NCBI GenBank assembly: GCA_963733215.1
Contig: CAVTCN010000023.1
Location: forward strand, 2,935-66,934
Length of the DNA: 64,000 nt
Direction: 5' to 3'
Source of the DNA: an uncultured Actinomycetes bacterium
Lineage (GTDB): Bacteria > Actinomycetota > Thermoleophilia > Gaiellales > Gaiellaceae
Shown one piece after another: positions 8,492 to 17,800 of the stretch (position 1 is its first letter; every line of letters begins with the position of its first letter). The notes under the pieces were generated by a model. That model was not told the DNA's origin. It saw nothing but the letters and a program-made list of their open reading frames with translations, and ran no database searches. A program made the translations under genes and the position numbers.

Positions 8492-8986
8492 GTGGTGAGA
8501 GGCCGCACACTTCTCGCACTGGCCGTCGGGGGGACTGCGTTTCTGGCTTCGTCGCCGGGAGCGCAATCGTCCGCCCTGGTGAACCATGCGCGGCTCTCGG
8601 GTCAGGAAGCGAGCCTCTTGAGCGCGATCAACCGGGCGCGCACAAGGCATGGGGCGCCGCCGCTTCGAATCGGCCCGGCACTCCAGCGCGCGGCCCGCTC
8701 GCACTCGAGCACGATGCTCCGCACGGGCACCTTCGACCACGGGGACTGGTACAGCCGGCTGCGCCGGCACGGAGCCCGGGGACGGACGCTTGGCGAGACG
8801 ATCGCATGGGGCGTCGGAACCGACGGCACCGCACGCGCGATCGTGCGGATGTGGCTCGACAGCCCGCCGCATCGCGCGACGCTGCTGCGCCGCGGCTTCC
8901 GCTACGTCGGCGTCGGGGTCGCGACGGGGTCGTTCAGCGGCTTCGGCGGCGCCAGCGTCGCGACTGCCGACTTCGCCGGTCCCTAG
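8492..8986 (+). CDS. secreted CAP/SCP (YkwD-like) domain protein, second copy
   Basis: Start set at GTG 8492 (MVRGRTLLALAVGGTAFLASS signal-like). Motifs LL..IN..R..HG..PL......L..AAR.HS..M and W..SP.H...LL...F...GVG. Paralogue of 3505..4122. Confidence 0.75.
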   Translation: MVRGRTLLALAVGGTAFLASSPGAQSSALVNHARLSGQEASLLSAINRARTRHGAPPLRIGPALQRAARSHSSTMLRTGTFDHGDWYSRLRRHGARGRTLGETIAWGVGTDGTARAIVRMWLDSPPHRATLLRRGFRYVGVGVATGSFSGFGGASVATADFAGP

Positions 8987-8988
8987 AC

Positions 8989-9438
8989 CTACTCGACGAG
9001 CAACGTCCGGAGCTCGGCGATCTTCTCCCGCCGGAGCTCGTCTCCCTCGCCGCGCCGGACGCGGGCGAGGAGCCGCTGGACCCCAGACGCGAGCTCGACG
9101 GGGTTGAACGGCTTGGTGATGTAGTCGATGCCGCCCAGCTCCAGGCCTTTGGCGCGGTCGCGGAGCTCGGCGCGCGCAGTCAGGAAGATCAGCGGGATGT
9201 GGCTCGTCTTCTCGTCGTCCATCAGGCTCTCGGCAACCTGCCAGCCGTCCATGCCGGGCATCATCACGTCCAGGAGGATCACGTCGGGCCGCTCCGCCCG
9301 CGCCGTCTCGACTCCGGCGATGCCGTCGGCCGCCTCGAGCACGACGATGTCCTCTGCCTCGAGGTTCACGCGGCAGAGCAGCCGAATCGGCGCCTCGTCG
9401 TCGACGACGAGAACCCGAATCGGTGCTGCCGTGGCCAT
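8989..9438 (-). CDS. single-domain response regulator (CheY-like receiver)
   Basis: RVLVVDDE...DVILLDVMMPGMDGW...PLIFLTA...KPF shows a canonical receiver with the phospho-acceptor Asp in LLDVMMP. It lies 8 nt downstream of the kinase gene. Confidence 0.9.
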   Translation of the reverse strand: MATAAPIRVLVVDDEAPIRLLCRVNLEAEDIVVLEAADGIAGVETARAERPDVILLDVMMPGMDGWQVAESLMDDEKTSHIPLIFLTARAELRDRAKGLELGGIDYITKPFNPVELASGVQRLLARVRRGEGDELRREKIAELRTLLVE

Positions 9439-9446
9439 CTCGGTCG

Positions 9447-12400
9447 CTATACCCGTTCCTCCGTCACGTCAGTCAGGATCACCGGAAGCTCGAGGACGAA
9501 GCAGCCGCCCACCCCGGTGTCGGAGTCGACCCAGACGCGGCCGCCCATCGCGCTGGCGAGACCGCGCGCGATGAACAGCCCGAGGCCGGTGCCGCCGGTC
9601 GGCTGGCCCGTCGCCTCGGCACGGTAGAACTTTCTGAAGATCCGCTCCTGCTCGCCCTGCGGGACACCCGTGCCTTCGTCCACGACGCGCACCTGGACGG
9701 CATCGTGCGTCCTCCGGGCGGCAACGGTCACCGTCCCGCCGCTCGGGGAGAACTTGAGCGCGTTGTCGACGAGGTTCGCGAGGATCTGCCGGACCTTGTC
9801 CCGGTCGGCTGACGCGTCGAGCGGCTCCTCCGGGATCTCGAGGACGAACCGGCGGCCGTTCGCGAGCTCGCGCTCCGCGTACTCGACCACGTCCGAGACG
9901 ACCTCGCGGAGATCGGTCGGCGCGAACTGAACCTGGAGGTCGCCGGACTCCAGCCGCGCCACGCTCAGAAGCGCGTCGACGATGCCCGTCAGGCGCTGGG
10001 CCTCGGAGGCGATGTAGCCGAGGAAGACGCGGCGCTCGTCGTCGCCGAACGCGACATCCTCGCGGAGGAGCGTCTCGGCGAAGCCGTAGATCGACGTCAG
10101 CGGCGCCCGCAGCTCGTGCGAGACGGTGGAGACGAACCCGGACTTGAGCTGTTCGACGAGCCGGTCCGACGAAACGTCCCTGAACGCGTAGATTCGCCCC
10201 GAGACTGCCCCGGCGGGATCACGCATGACGGCTTCGCTGACCGAGAGCCAGACCTCCTCCTCGCCGCGGTGGATCTGGATCAGGCCCCGGCCCTCGGCCG
10301 AGGTCTCGTCAGCCTCCAGGCTCCTCTGAAGGACGTCGGCAGGGCTTCGGCCCATCGCCTCGGACGCGGGCACGTCGGTGATCTCCTCCGCGGCGGCGTT
10401 CCAGAGGACGACGTCGCCCTCCCGGTCGACCGCGACGATGCCGTCGGCGACGTTGCCGAGGATCGCCAGACTGCGCTCTCGCTCGAGCACGACCCGCTGG
10501 TAGAGCTCGGCGTTCGAGAGGAACGCGGAGACGTTTCCGGCGAGTGCCGCAAGGGCCTCGACCTCCTCCTCGCGCCACGAGCGCGCCTCCCGCGCGTACA
10601 CGGCCAGCACGCCGTGGACTCCTCCTTCCGGGCCGACCAGCGGCGCGCCGAGATAGGCCGCGTAGCCGGCCTCGAGCAGCGCGTCCGAGCCGCTGACGAG
10701 CCCGTCGGTGCGGGCGTCGCCGACGGCGACCGGGCCGCGCGACTGGACGACCTCTCCTGCGAGCTCGCCGGCCGGTGAGACGCGGCTGCCGATCGCCGCC
10801 TCGGCGCCCTCTCCGTGGGCGGCGCTGACGACGAGCTCGTCCCCCTCGAGGACGCTCACTGCCGCCGCGTCGGCGCCTACGAGCCCGGGAGCCTGCGCCA
10901 CGATCTCCTCGAGGATCGCGTCGGGGTCGAGCTCGCTCGCAAGCAGCGTGCCGGTGCGCGCGAGCTGCTGGGCGATTGCACGGTTGCGACGCTCGGCCTC
11001 GAAGAGCTCTGCCCGCTCGAGCGCGCCTCGGGCGGCTCCCGCTAGATGGTGCGCCAGCTCGATCTCGTCGTCGGAGAACGCCTGCTCCTCGGCAAAGAAG
11101 ACGAGCCCGATACCGGTCTGCTCGCGCCTCGGGGCCTCGACCGGGACCGCCACGAGCGATCGGAAGCCCTCTGCCTCGGCGAGGGCGCGCCACTCGTCAC
11201 CGAATCGGTCGTCCTCCGCCAGCTGCGGCGAGGCGAGCACCTGCTTCCTCGCCGCAGCATCCTCGAGCGGCTCGGCACCGCCGATGCCTTTGCGGAACAG
11301 CTCGGCGACCGCCGGCGGAAGCTCGTGCGAGCCTGCGAGCCGCAGCCCGCCGCCGCCCGGCATCAGCACCGCGGCGAAGCTCCCTCCGAGCGCCTCGCTC
11401 GCGGCCTGCGCGACGGCGTCCAGCGTCTCGTCCAGGGAAAGCGGTTGGGCGAGGACGGACGCGATCCGGAAGAACCCACGCTGGATCCGGACCTGTCTCG
11501 AGCTCTGTTCGATGCTGGCCACGTTCCTGAGCGCGACCGAGCCCAGGCTCGCGAATGCCTCCAGCACCTCGACGTCCTCGCGGCTGAACCGGCGCTCCGG
11601 GTCGGTCGTCCCGACGCCGATGACGCCGCGAACCTCGCCCCACCACGTCATGGGCGCGACCATCGCCGCGGTGAATCCCTCGTATGCGGGGTGCGGCGGC
11701 TGCATGTCCTCGTAGTCGGCGGAGACCACCGCTTGGCGGCGACGCATCGCCTCGCCGGCGAGCGCACCCTCCGCCGGAAACTCGACTTCGACGAGCTCGG
11801 CCGGGAGGCCGTACACGGCAGCGCAGCGGAGAACGCCCCGTCGCGAGTCGAAGAGGTAGCAGTCGGCCGCTTCGGCCTCGAGCAGCTTCGTCACCTCGAC
11901 CACGAGCCGCTGGAGCACGGTCTCGACCTGGAGCTCGCTCGTCATCACCTGGGCTGCCTGCACCAGCGCGGCCTGTCGGCCCAGCCGCAGCCGGTTCTCC
12001 TCGAGCAGCTCCGCCGTGTGGAGCGCTAGGCCGACTTCGCGTGCCACGGCCTCGGCGAGCAGGGCCTGGGACTGCGTCCACTCGGTCGGCTCGCTGCGGT
12101 GGAGGGCGAAGACGCCGATCACCTGGTCGAAGACCTCGATCGGCGTGGCAAGCGCGGCCCGAGTGTCGAGCCGAAGCAGCGTGTCGACGCCGCCGAGCTC
12201 CGGATCCTCGAGCCGCGGCTCGTCCTCGACATCCTCGACGGCGACCGTCCGACGCTCGCGCATGGCGAGGTTGGAGACGGCGAGGTACGGCGCCGCGGCG
12301 CCGATCGGCGGTGTGCTGTGGGCGTCCCACTCGGCGCGGATGGGCGTGGGTGCGCCGGGCTCGCCGAGACGGATGAAGCAGCGCGCGACGTCGGCGGCTT

Positions 12401-13106
12401 TCCCGACCTCCTCGACCGCGATGCGGAGCACCGTCTCGACGTCGTGCTCGGAGCGGACGCGCCTCGCGATCTCGGCGACGAGCCGCTCACGTCCGAGCGC
12501 CTCCTCGAGCTGCGCGGCCGAGCGGGTCTTCTCCAGCGCCAGGGCGGTCTCACCGGCAAGCGCCTCCAGGCGGGCGATCTCGTGCGGCGGGAAGTGCCGC
12601 CGGCGACTCGTGCTCGCGACGACGAGAACGGCGAGTACGCGGGCGCCCAAGACGATCGGGACGAACGCGGCGCTCTTCGCTCCGACTCGATCGGCGAGAC
12701 GGCGGCTCACGCGCGGCGAGGACTCAACCTCGAAGATCGTCAGCGGCGCGGCCTCGAAGGCGGCGCTCGCGACGGCCGAGGGCTCGTGCTCGAGGTCGAT
12801 CCGGACCGACCGGAACCAGCCGGCGTCTTCCCCGTCCATGCGCGCGACGAGCCCTGTCGCCTCCTTGCGGTCGTCGCTGATCAGCATGACCGCGGCGAAC
12901 TCGATCTCGAGGAGGGCGACGACCTCGTCGAGGAGCGCCCGTGCGACCGACGCTGCGTCCTTAGCGCGCGCGAAGCCGGCCGAGAGCGACGCAGCGGCCT
13001 CGGGCTCGGGCGGCACCTCGGCGACCTCGGGCTCCTCCTCTTTCCTGCGGGAGGGGAGGACCCAAATCACCGCAGCCACGAGCAAGGCCCCCGCAAGAGC
13101 GAGCAT
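9447..13106 (-). CDS. membrane-anchored multi-GAF/PAS sensor histidine kinase
   Basis: N-terminal TM (MLALAGALLVAAVIWV). By repeat pattern, about five GAF-like segments and one PAS-like segment (ILGNVADGIVAVDREGDVVLWNAAAEEITD). H-box FVSTVSHELRAPLTSIYGF. N/G boxes (NLVDNALKF, DEGTGVP, GTGLGL). Start chosen at ATG 13106; a GTG 18 nt upstream is also possible. Confidence 0.9.
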   Translation of the reverse strand: MLALAGALLVAAVIWVLPSRRKEEEPEVAEVPPEPEAAASLSAGFARAKDAASVARALLDEVVALLEIEFAAVMLISDDRKEATGLVARMDGEDAGWFRSVRIDLEHEPSAVASAAFEAAPLTIFEVESSPRVSRRLADRVGAKSAAFVPIVLGARVLAVLVVASTSRRRHFPPHEIARLEALAGETALALEKTRSAAQLEEALGRERLVAEIARRVRSEHDVETVLRIAVEEVGKAADVARCFIRLGEPGAPTPIRAEWDAHSTPPIGAAAPYLAVSNLAMRERRTVAVEDVEDEPRLEDPELGGVDTLLRLDTRAALATPIEVFDQVIGVFALHRSEPTEWTQSQALLAEAVAREVGLALHTAELLEENRLRLGRQAALVQAAQVMTSELQVETVLQRLVVEVTKLLEAEAADCYLFDSRRGVLRCAAVYGLPAELVEVEFPAEGALAGEAMRRRQAVVSADYEDMQPPHPAYEGFTAAMVAPMTWWGEVRGVIGVGTTDPERRFSREDVEVLEAFASLGSVALRNVASIEQSSRQVRIQRGFFRIASVLAQPLSLDETLDAVAQAASEALGGSFAAVLMPGGGGLRLAGSHELPPAVAELFRKGIGGAEPLEDAAARKQVLASPQLAEDDRFGDEWRALAEAEGFRSLVAVPVEAPRREQTGIGLVFFAEEQAFSDDEIELAHHLAGAARGALERAELFEAERRNRAIAQQLARTGTLLASELDPDAILEEIVAQAPGLVGADAAAVSVLEGDELVVSAAHGEGAEAAIGSRVSPAGELAGEVVQSRGPVAVGDARTDGLVSGSDALLEAGYAAYLGAPLVGPEGGVHGVLAVYAREARSWREEEVEALAALAGNVSAFLSNAELYQRVVLERERSLAILGNVADGIVAVDREGDVVLWNAAAEEITDVPASEAMGRSPADVLQRSLEADETSAEGRGLIQIHRGEEEVWLSVSEAVMRDPAGAVSGRIYAFRDVSSDRLVEQLKSGFVSTVSHELRAPLTSIYGFAETLLREDVAFGDDERRVFLGYIASEAQRLTGIVDALLSVARLESGDLQVQFAPTDLREVVSDVVEYAERELANGRRFVLEIPEEPLDASADRDKVRQILANLVDNALKFSPSGGTVTVAARRTHDAVQVRVVDEGTGVPQGEQERIFRKFYRAEATGQPTGGTGLGLFIARGLASAMGGRVWVDSDTGVGGCFVLELPVILTDVTEERV

Positions 13107-13349
13107 GAGATAGCCGACAGCCGCCACTGGACTTCTCAAAGGATAGAAGGCGGTCCAGCAAACGAGGGAGGCCCGCCGCTCGGGGGGGTCGGTGCGGCGG
13201 ACACTCCCTAGTGCTAACCGCGGATCGTGGCCAGGTACGCGCACCGCGGTTCGCGTCGCCCAGTGACCGCCAAGCTACCCCTGCGACGGCGGAATTCCAA
13301 TAGGCCGAACGGCCCATCTTTGAAAGGCAGAAAGACCCCTGGCGATACG

Positions 13350-14315
13350 ATGATCGGGATGGTCGAGCGTGTGTTGTTGGCGTCCCCGCGCGGATACTGC
13401 GCCGGGGTCGAACGGGCGGTGGAGACCGTCGAGCGGTTGCTCGACCTCCACGGCCCGCCGATCTACGTGCGCAAGCAGATCGTCCACAACATCCACGTGG
13501 TCCGGGAGCTCGAGGAGCGGGGCGCGATCTTCGTCGAGAGCGAGACCGAGGTGCCTCGCGGCGCCCGGATCGTGTTGTCCGCTCACGGCGTCGCGCCGTC
13601 CGTGTATGCGAACGCCGCTGAGCTAGAGCTCGTGACGACGGACGCGACGTGTCCCCTGGTCACGAAGGTGCACGTGGAGGCCAGGCGCTATGCGGCGGAG
13701 GGCTACACCGTCGTCCTGATCGGACATGCCGGACACGAGGAGGTGGTCGGGACGATGGGTGAGGCGCCCGAGGCGACCGTGCTCGTCCAGTCGGTCGCGG
13801 ACGCCGAGACGCTCGAGGTGCCCGACCCGGACCGCGTCGCCTACATCACGCAGACGACGCTCTCCGTCGACGAGACCGGAGAGATCATCGCGGCGATCCG
13901 GCGGCGATTCCCCAACGCGCGGGCGCCGAAGCGGGACGACATCTGTTACGCGACGTCCAACCGGCAGTGGGCGGTGAAGGACATGCTCGCCGAGGTCGAC
14001 CTCCTGCTCGTGATCGGCTCGCGGAACTCGTCCAACTCCAACCGGCTGGTCGAAGTGGCGCGGGCCGGGGGCGTGGAGTCGTTCCTCATCGACGACGAGA
14101 CGGACATCGACGAGGGCTGGCTCGAGGGCGTGCGCGTCGTCGGGATCACGTCAGGCGCGTCGGCACCGGAGAAACTGGTCGAGCGAGTCTGCGACTGGTT
14201 CCGCGAACGCGGCGTCGAGAGGATCGAGCCGTTCCAGTCGGTGCACGAGGACGTGGTCTTCCGCCTTCCGGTCGAGCTCCGACGTGAGCTCGCGCTCGCC
14301 GACGCGCAGCCGTAG
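13350..14315 (+). CDS. ispH: 4-hydroxy-3-methylbut-2-enyl diphosphate reductase
   Basis: ASPRGYCAGVERAV...IVHN.HVV...SAHGV...DATCPLVTKVH...GHAGHEEV.GT...TQTTLS...ICYAT.NRQ...NSSNS.RL are IspH/LytB hallmark motifs, including the three Cys ligands. Start at ATG 13350 inside the longer track ORF. Confidence 0.92.
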   Translation: MIGMVERVLLASPRGYCAGVERAVETVERLLDLHGPPIYVRKQIVHNIHVVRELEERGAIFVESETEVPRGARIVLSAHGVAPSVYANAAELELVTTDATCPLVTKVHVEARRYAAEGYTVVLIGHAGHEEVVGTMGEAPEATVLVQSVADAETLEVPDPDRVAYITQTTLSVDETGEIIAAIRRRFPNARAPKRDDICYATSNRQWAVKDMLAEVDLLLVIGSRNSSNSNRLVEVARAGGVESFLIDDETDIDEGWLEGVRVVGITSGASAPEKLVERVCDWFRERGVERIEPFQSVHEDVVFRLPVELRRELALADAQP

Positions 14316-14321
14316 CGCCGC

Positions 14322-14340
14322 CACAAACCCAGGGTTTGTG
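14322..14340. terminator. bidirectional hairpin between ispH and the convergent small ORF
   Basis: CACAAACCC A GGGTTTGTG has perfect 9-nt arms. It begins 7 nt after the ispH stop and 6 nt after the stop of the minus-strand ORF. Confidence 0.45.
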
Positions 14341-14348
14341 TTGCATCA
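14335..14348. repeat. left copy of a 14-bp AT-rich inverted repeat (TTTGTGTTGCATCA)
   Basis: Exact reverse complement of 14656..14669. It overlaps the stop codon (14346-14348) of the enclosed ORF and the right arm of the hairpin. Confidence 0.8.
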
Positions 14349-14615
14349 GAAGAACCGCCTGATCGGGCACAGCCCGACGACGAGATCCGTGAGGATGTCA
14401 CGGGCGAGCTCGCGTCGCTCCCTCCGCTCGAGCTCGAGGCGTCGGCGCTCCGCCATCAGGAAGCGTCTGACCCGCCAGTAGGTCGGTCGCCCCTCACCGA
14501 GCCGTTCTTCGAGCGGGATCAGTCGGCGTAGCGCCTCCGCATAGCCGACCTCGAAACGCGCCAGCCCGGCCAGCGCGGCCACGTAGTCGGGGTGCATCGG
14601 CGGCCAGCGCGGCAT
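14346..14615 (-). CDS. hypothetical protein (89 aa), Arg/Glu/Leu-rich, helical
   Basis: Track ORF MPRWPPMHPDYVAALAGLARFEVGYAEALRRLIPLEERLGEGRPTYWRVRRFLMAERRRLELERRERRELARDILTDLVVGLCPIRRFF. GC3 is high. No family recognised; GRPTYWRVRRFL is reminiscent of an HTH recognition helix (weak inference). Confidence 0.45.
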   Translation of the reverse strand: MPRWPPMHPDYVAALAGLARFEVGYAEALRRLIPLEERLGEGRPTYWRVRRFLMAERRRLELERRERRELARDILTDLVVGLCPIRRFF

Positions 14616-14655
14616 GCTCCGACGCTGCCGAAGAAAGCCTCACGGAGACGACAAG

Positions 14656-14669
14656 TGATGCAACACAAA
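14656..14669. repeat. right copy of the 14-bp inverted repeat (TGATGCAACACAAA)
   Basis: Exact reverse complement of 14335..14348. It lies 41 nt upstream of the ATG of the enclosed minus-strand ORF. Confidence 0.8.
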
Positions 14670-14695
14670 GTGGAACTCGTGCGACCGCGCGCGAC

Positions 14696-14863
14696 CTAGG
14701 AATCAGGCCGCGGCTTGCGCCGGTCCTTGCCCGAGCGGCGGTCGTCGCCCGTGCGGCGCTCGCCTTCCTCCCGCCGCTGCGACTCCTTCCGGCGGTCGGA
14801 ACCACTCCGGCGGTCCTTGCCGGAGCGGCGGTCTCCTCCGTTCGGGCGATCCATCTCGCCCAT
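14696..14863 (-). CDS. candidate Arg-rich repeat micro-protein (55 aa; 52 aa from the second ATG)
   Basis: MGEMDRPNGGDRRSGKDRRSGSDRRKESQRREEGERRTGDDRRSGKDRRKPRPDS. The ileS stop TAG is embedded in TAGGAGAATG, so a GGAG lies just upstream. High GC3. The DNA carries an imperfect ~27-bp direct repeat encoding DRRSGKDRR. Confidence 0.35.
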   Translation of the reverse strand: MGEMDRPNGGDRRSGKDRRSGSDRRKESQRREEGERRTGDDRRSGKDRRKPRPDS

Positions 14864-14867
14864 TCTC

Positions 14868-17800
14868 CTACGCTTTCGCGATCTGTGGGTCTGCGGAGCC
14901 GCCGTCGGCCTCGATCGAGACGGCGAGCACCTCGTCCTTGATCCACTCGGCGTGATCTTCCAGCAGGTCGGACTGGTCGGCCGGGAGGGTGACTGCGATC
15001 CGGTCGGTGAGCTCGAGGCCTGCCTCCTTGCGCATGCCGTTGAGCCGGTGGACGAGATCGAGGACTCGCGCCTCGAGCTCGAGCTCGGCGTCCAGCCGCG
15101 TGTCCAGCGCCACGGTGACGCCGTCTTCCGAGGCGACCGCCCACCCTTCCTTGCCGCGCCGCTCGACGAGCACCTCGTCCGGCTCGAGCTCTCGATCGCC
15201 GACTCTGAATCGGCCGCCCTCGAGCTCCTCGAACTCACCGGCCGCGAGAGCCGACCGGAGCGAGCCGAGCTCCTTTCCGAGCTTCGGCCCGAGCACCGGC
15301 AGGTTCGGCTTCACGACGAGCTCCTGCGCCTCCACCTCACCCTGCTCGACCTCCTTCACGCGCAGCTCCTCGCGAATCTCGTCGACGTGCTCGCCGTTCA
15401 GGCGCGCTCCCTGGACGACGAGTCGGCGCAGCGGCTGGCGAAGCTTCAGGCCCGACGCGGAGCGCGCCTGGTGCCCGAGCGCGACCACTCGGCGCGCCTC
15501 GGCCACGTCGCCGAGCAGCGATCCGTCGGCCTCTCGGACATCGGGCCACGCCGGCGAGAAAGGCCGACGCCGGTGCTCCCTCGACAGGCTCGGCCACCAG
15601 CACCCGCCAGAGCCGGTCGGCGAGGAACGGCATCACCGGCGCGATCACTTGCACTGCCTGGACGAGCGCCCACCAGAGCGTCCCGAACGCTTCCTGGTCG
15701 TCGCCGTAGAAACGACGCCGCGACCGCCGGATGTACCAGTTCGAGAGGTCGTCGACGAACGACTCCCACGCACGGACGACACCCGGCGTCCAGAAGCGCT
15801 CGTACTCGGCCGTCGCATCCGCGACGAGCTGGTCTGTCCGGGCGACGAGCCAGCGGTCGAGGGGCCGGCCCGGCTCCGGCCGCGCGCCCCACTCCGGCCG
15901 GAAGCCCTCGATGTTCGCGTACGTGACGAGGAACGAGACCGAGTTCCAGAACGTCAGGAGCCGCCGCTTGACCTCGTTCGCGGGCCCGTAGCCGAAGTTC
16001 ACGTTCTGGCTCGGCACCTGCTCGGAGTAGATCCAGCGCATGACGTCGGCGCCCATCCGCTCGATCGCCTCGTTCGCCTCGATCGCGTTGCCCGTGGACT
16101 TGTGCATCTCGCGGCCCGTTTCGTCCCGGACCCGTTCGTACGCGAGCACGCGCTCGTACGGCGAGCGGCCCTCAAGCGTCACCGACATGAACGACATCGA
16201 GTAGAACCAGAGGCGGATCTGCTCGCGGCTCTCGGAGACCCAGGCGGCGGGGAACCACTCCTCCCAGTAGGCGTGATCGCCGAGGTCGGCCCCGGTCAGT
16301 CCCCTCGCCGCGCCACTCGCACTTCCCTCCGGCTTCCGCTCGGGATTGCGCCAGCCCAGTGTCGAGTACGGGACGATGCCGGCATCGAGCCAGGCATCGC
16401 CGACCTCCGGGATCCTGCGGACCTCTCCGTCGCACTGCTCGCACCGGATCAGAACCTCGTCGATCCAGGGCCGGTGCAGCTCTCGGAGCTGGTCGAGACC
16501 GCCGGTCGCGCGCTCTTCGAGCTCCTCGCGCGATCCGATCACGTTCAGGTGCCCGCATTGGCACGGGTAGAAGGGCAGCGGCAACCCGAAGTAGCGCTTG
16601 CGCGAGATGTTCCAGTCGCCCATGTTTCGAAGCCAGTCGTCCATGCGCTTCGAGTAGAAGCTCGGCGTCCACTCGACCGTGGCGTTGGCGTCCAGCAGCG
16701 GCTGGCGGATCTCCTCGGCCGAGATGAACCAGTCGTCGACGACGCGGAACAGGAGCGGCGTCTTGCAGCGCCAGCAGATCGGGTAGCGGTGGACGATTCG
16801 TCCGGCCTCGACGAGCAGGCCGCGCTCGCGCAGCGCCTCGATCACCGGCTGCTCAACCTCGTCGGTGGAGAGGCCGGTAAACGGCTCGTAGCCGACGACC
16901 ATCCGCCCCTCCTCGTCGATCGGGGCCAGCACGGGGAGGTCATGGACACGCGAGAGCTCGAAGTCCTCGGTTCCCGCGCCCGGCGCGATGTGGACGATCC
17001 CCGTTCCTTCCGTGAGCGAGACGTCCTCCCACGGGATCACGCGATGAGTGACTCCCTCCTGCGCCGCCAGGTCGTCGAAGGGGCCGTCGTACTCGAGCCC
17101 GACGAGCTCCTCGCCCCGGACGACACGCTCGTACTCACCATCCGCCTTCAGCTTCCAACCGCCCTCCCGGAGGCCGTACTCGGCGTCGGGCTTCACGGCC
17201 GCGGCCACGTTCGCAGGCAGGGTCCACGGGGTCGTCGTCCAGACGATCAGCGCCTCGTCGGCGCGCCCTTTCAGCGGAAAACGGACGTAGAGCGAGGGGT
17301 GGTCGAGCTCGCGGTAGTTCTCCTCACCGGCCTGCTCGTGGTGCGAGAGCGAGGTTCCGCAGCGCGGGCACCACTGCGTCGAGCGATGGCCCTTGTACAG
17401 CCAGCCGCGCTCATGCGTCGTCTTGAGGAACCGCCAGATGTACTCGATGTTCGCGTCCGAGAACGTGTAGTAGCTGTTCGGCCAGTCCATCCACATCCCC
17501 AGACGCCGCGACTGGTCGGTGATCAGCGCGGCGAACTGCGCTACCCGCTCGATGCACCGGTCGGCGAACTCGGCGAGGCCGTACCGCTCGATGTCGCGCT
17601 TCGAGTTCAAGCCCAGCGACCGCTCGACCTCGACCTCGACGTGCAGCCCCTGGCAGTCGAAGCCGTTCTGGTAGCGCTGGTCGAAGCCGCGGAGCGCCTT
17701 GTAGCGCTGGAACACGTCCTTCAGCGTCCTGCCCCAGGCGTGGTGGACGCCCATCGGGTTGTTGGCGGTGATGGGGCCGTCGATGAAGCTCCACTTCTCG

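Noticed and set aside
6947-13314. Shared 16-mer AATAGGCCGTTCGGCC (6947-6962) and its reverse complement AATAGGCCGAACGGCC (13299-13314), each ~40 nt upstream of a plus-strand gene
   Set aside because: About one chance 16-mer match in either orientation is expected in 64 kb. Most of the match is a GC palindrome. The first copy is fully explained as the ctaG terminator hairpin.
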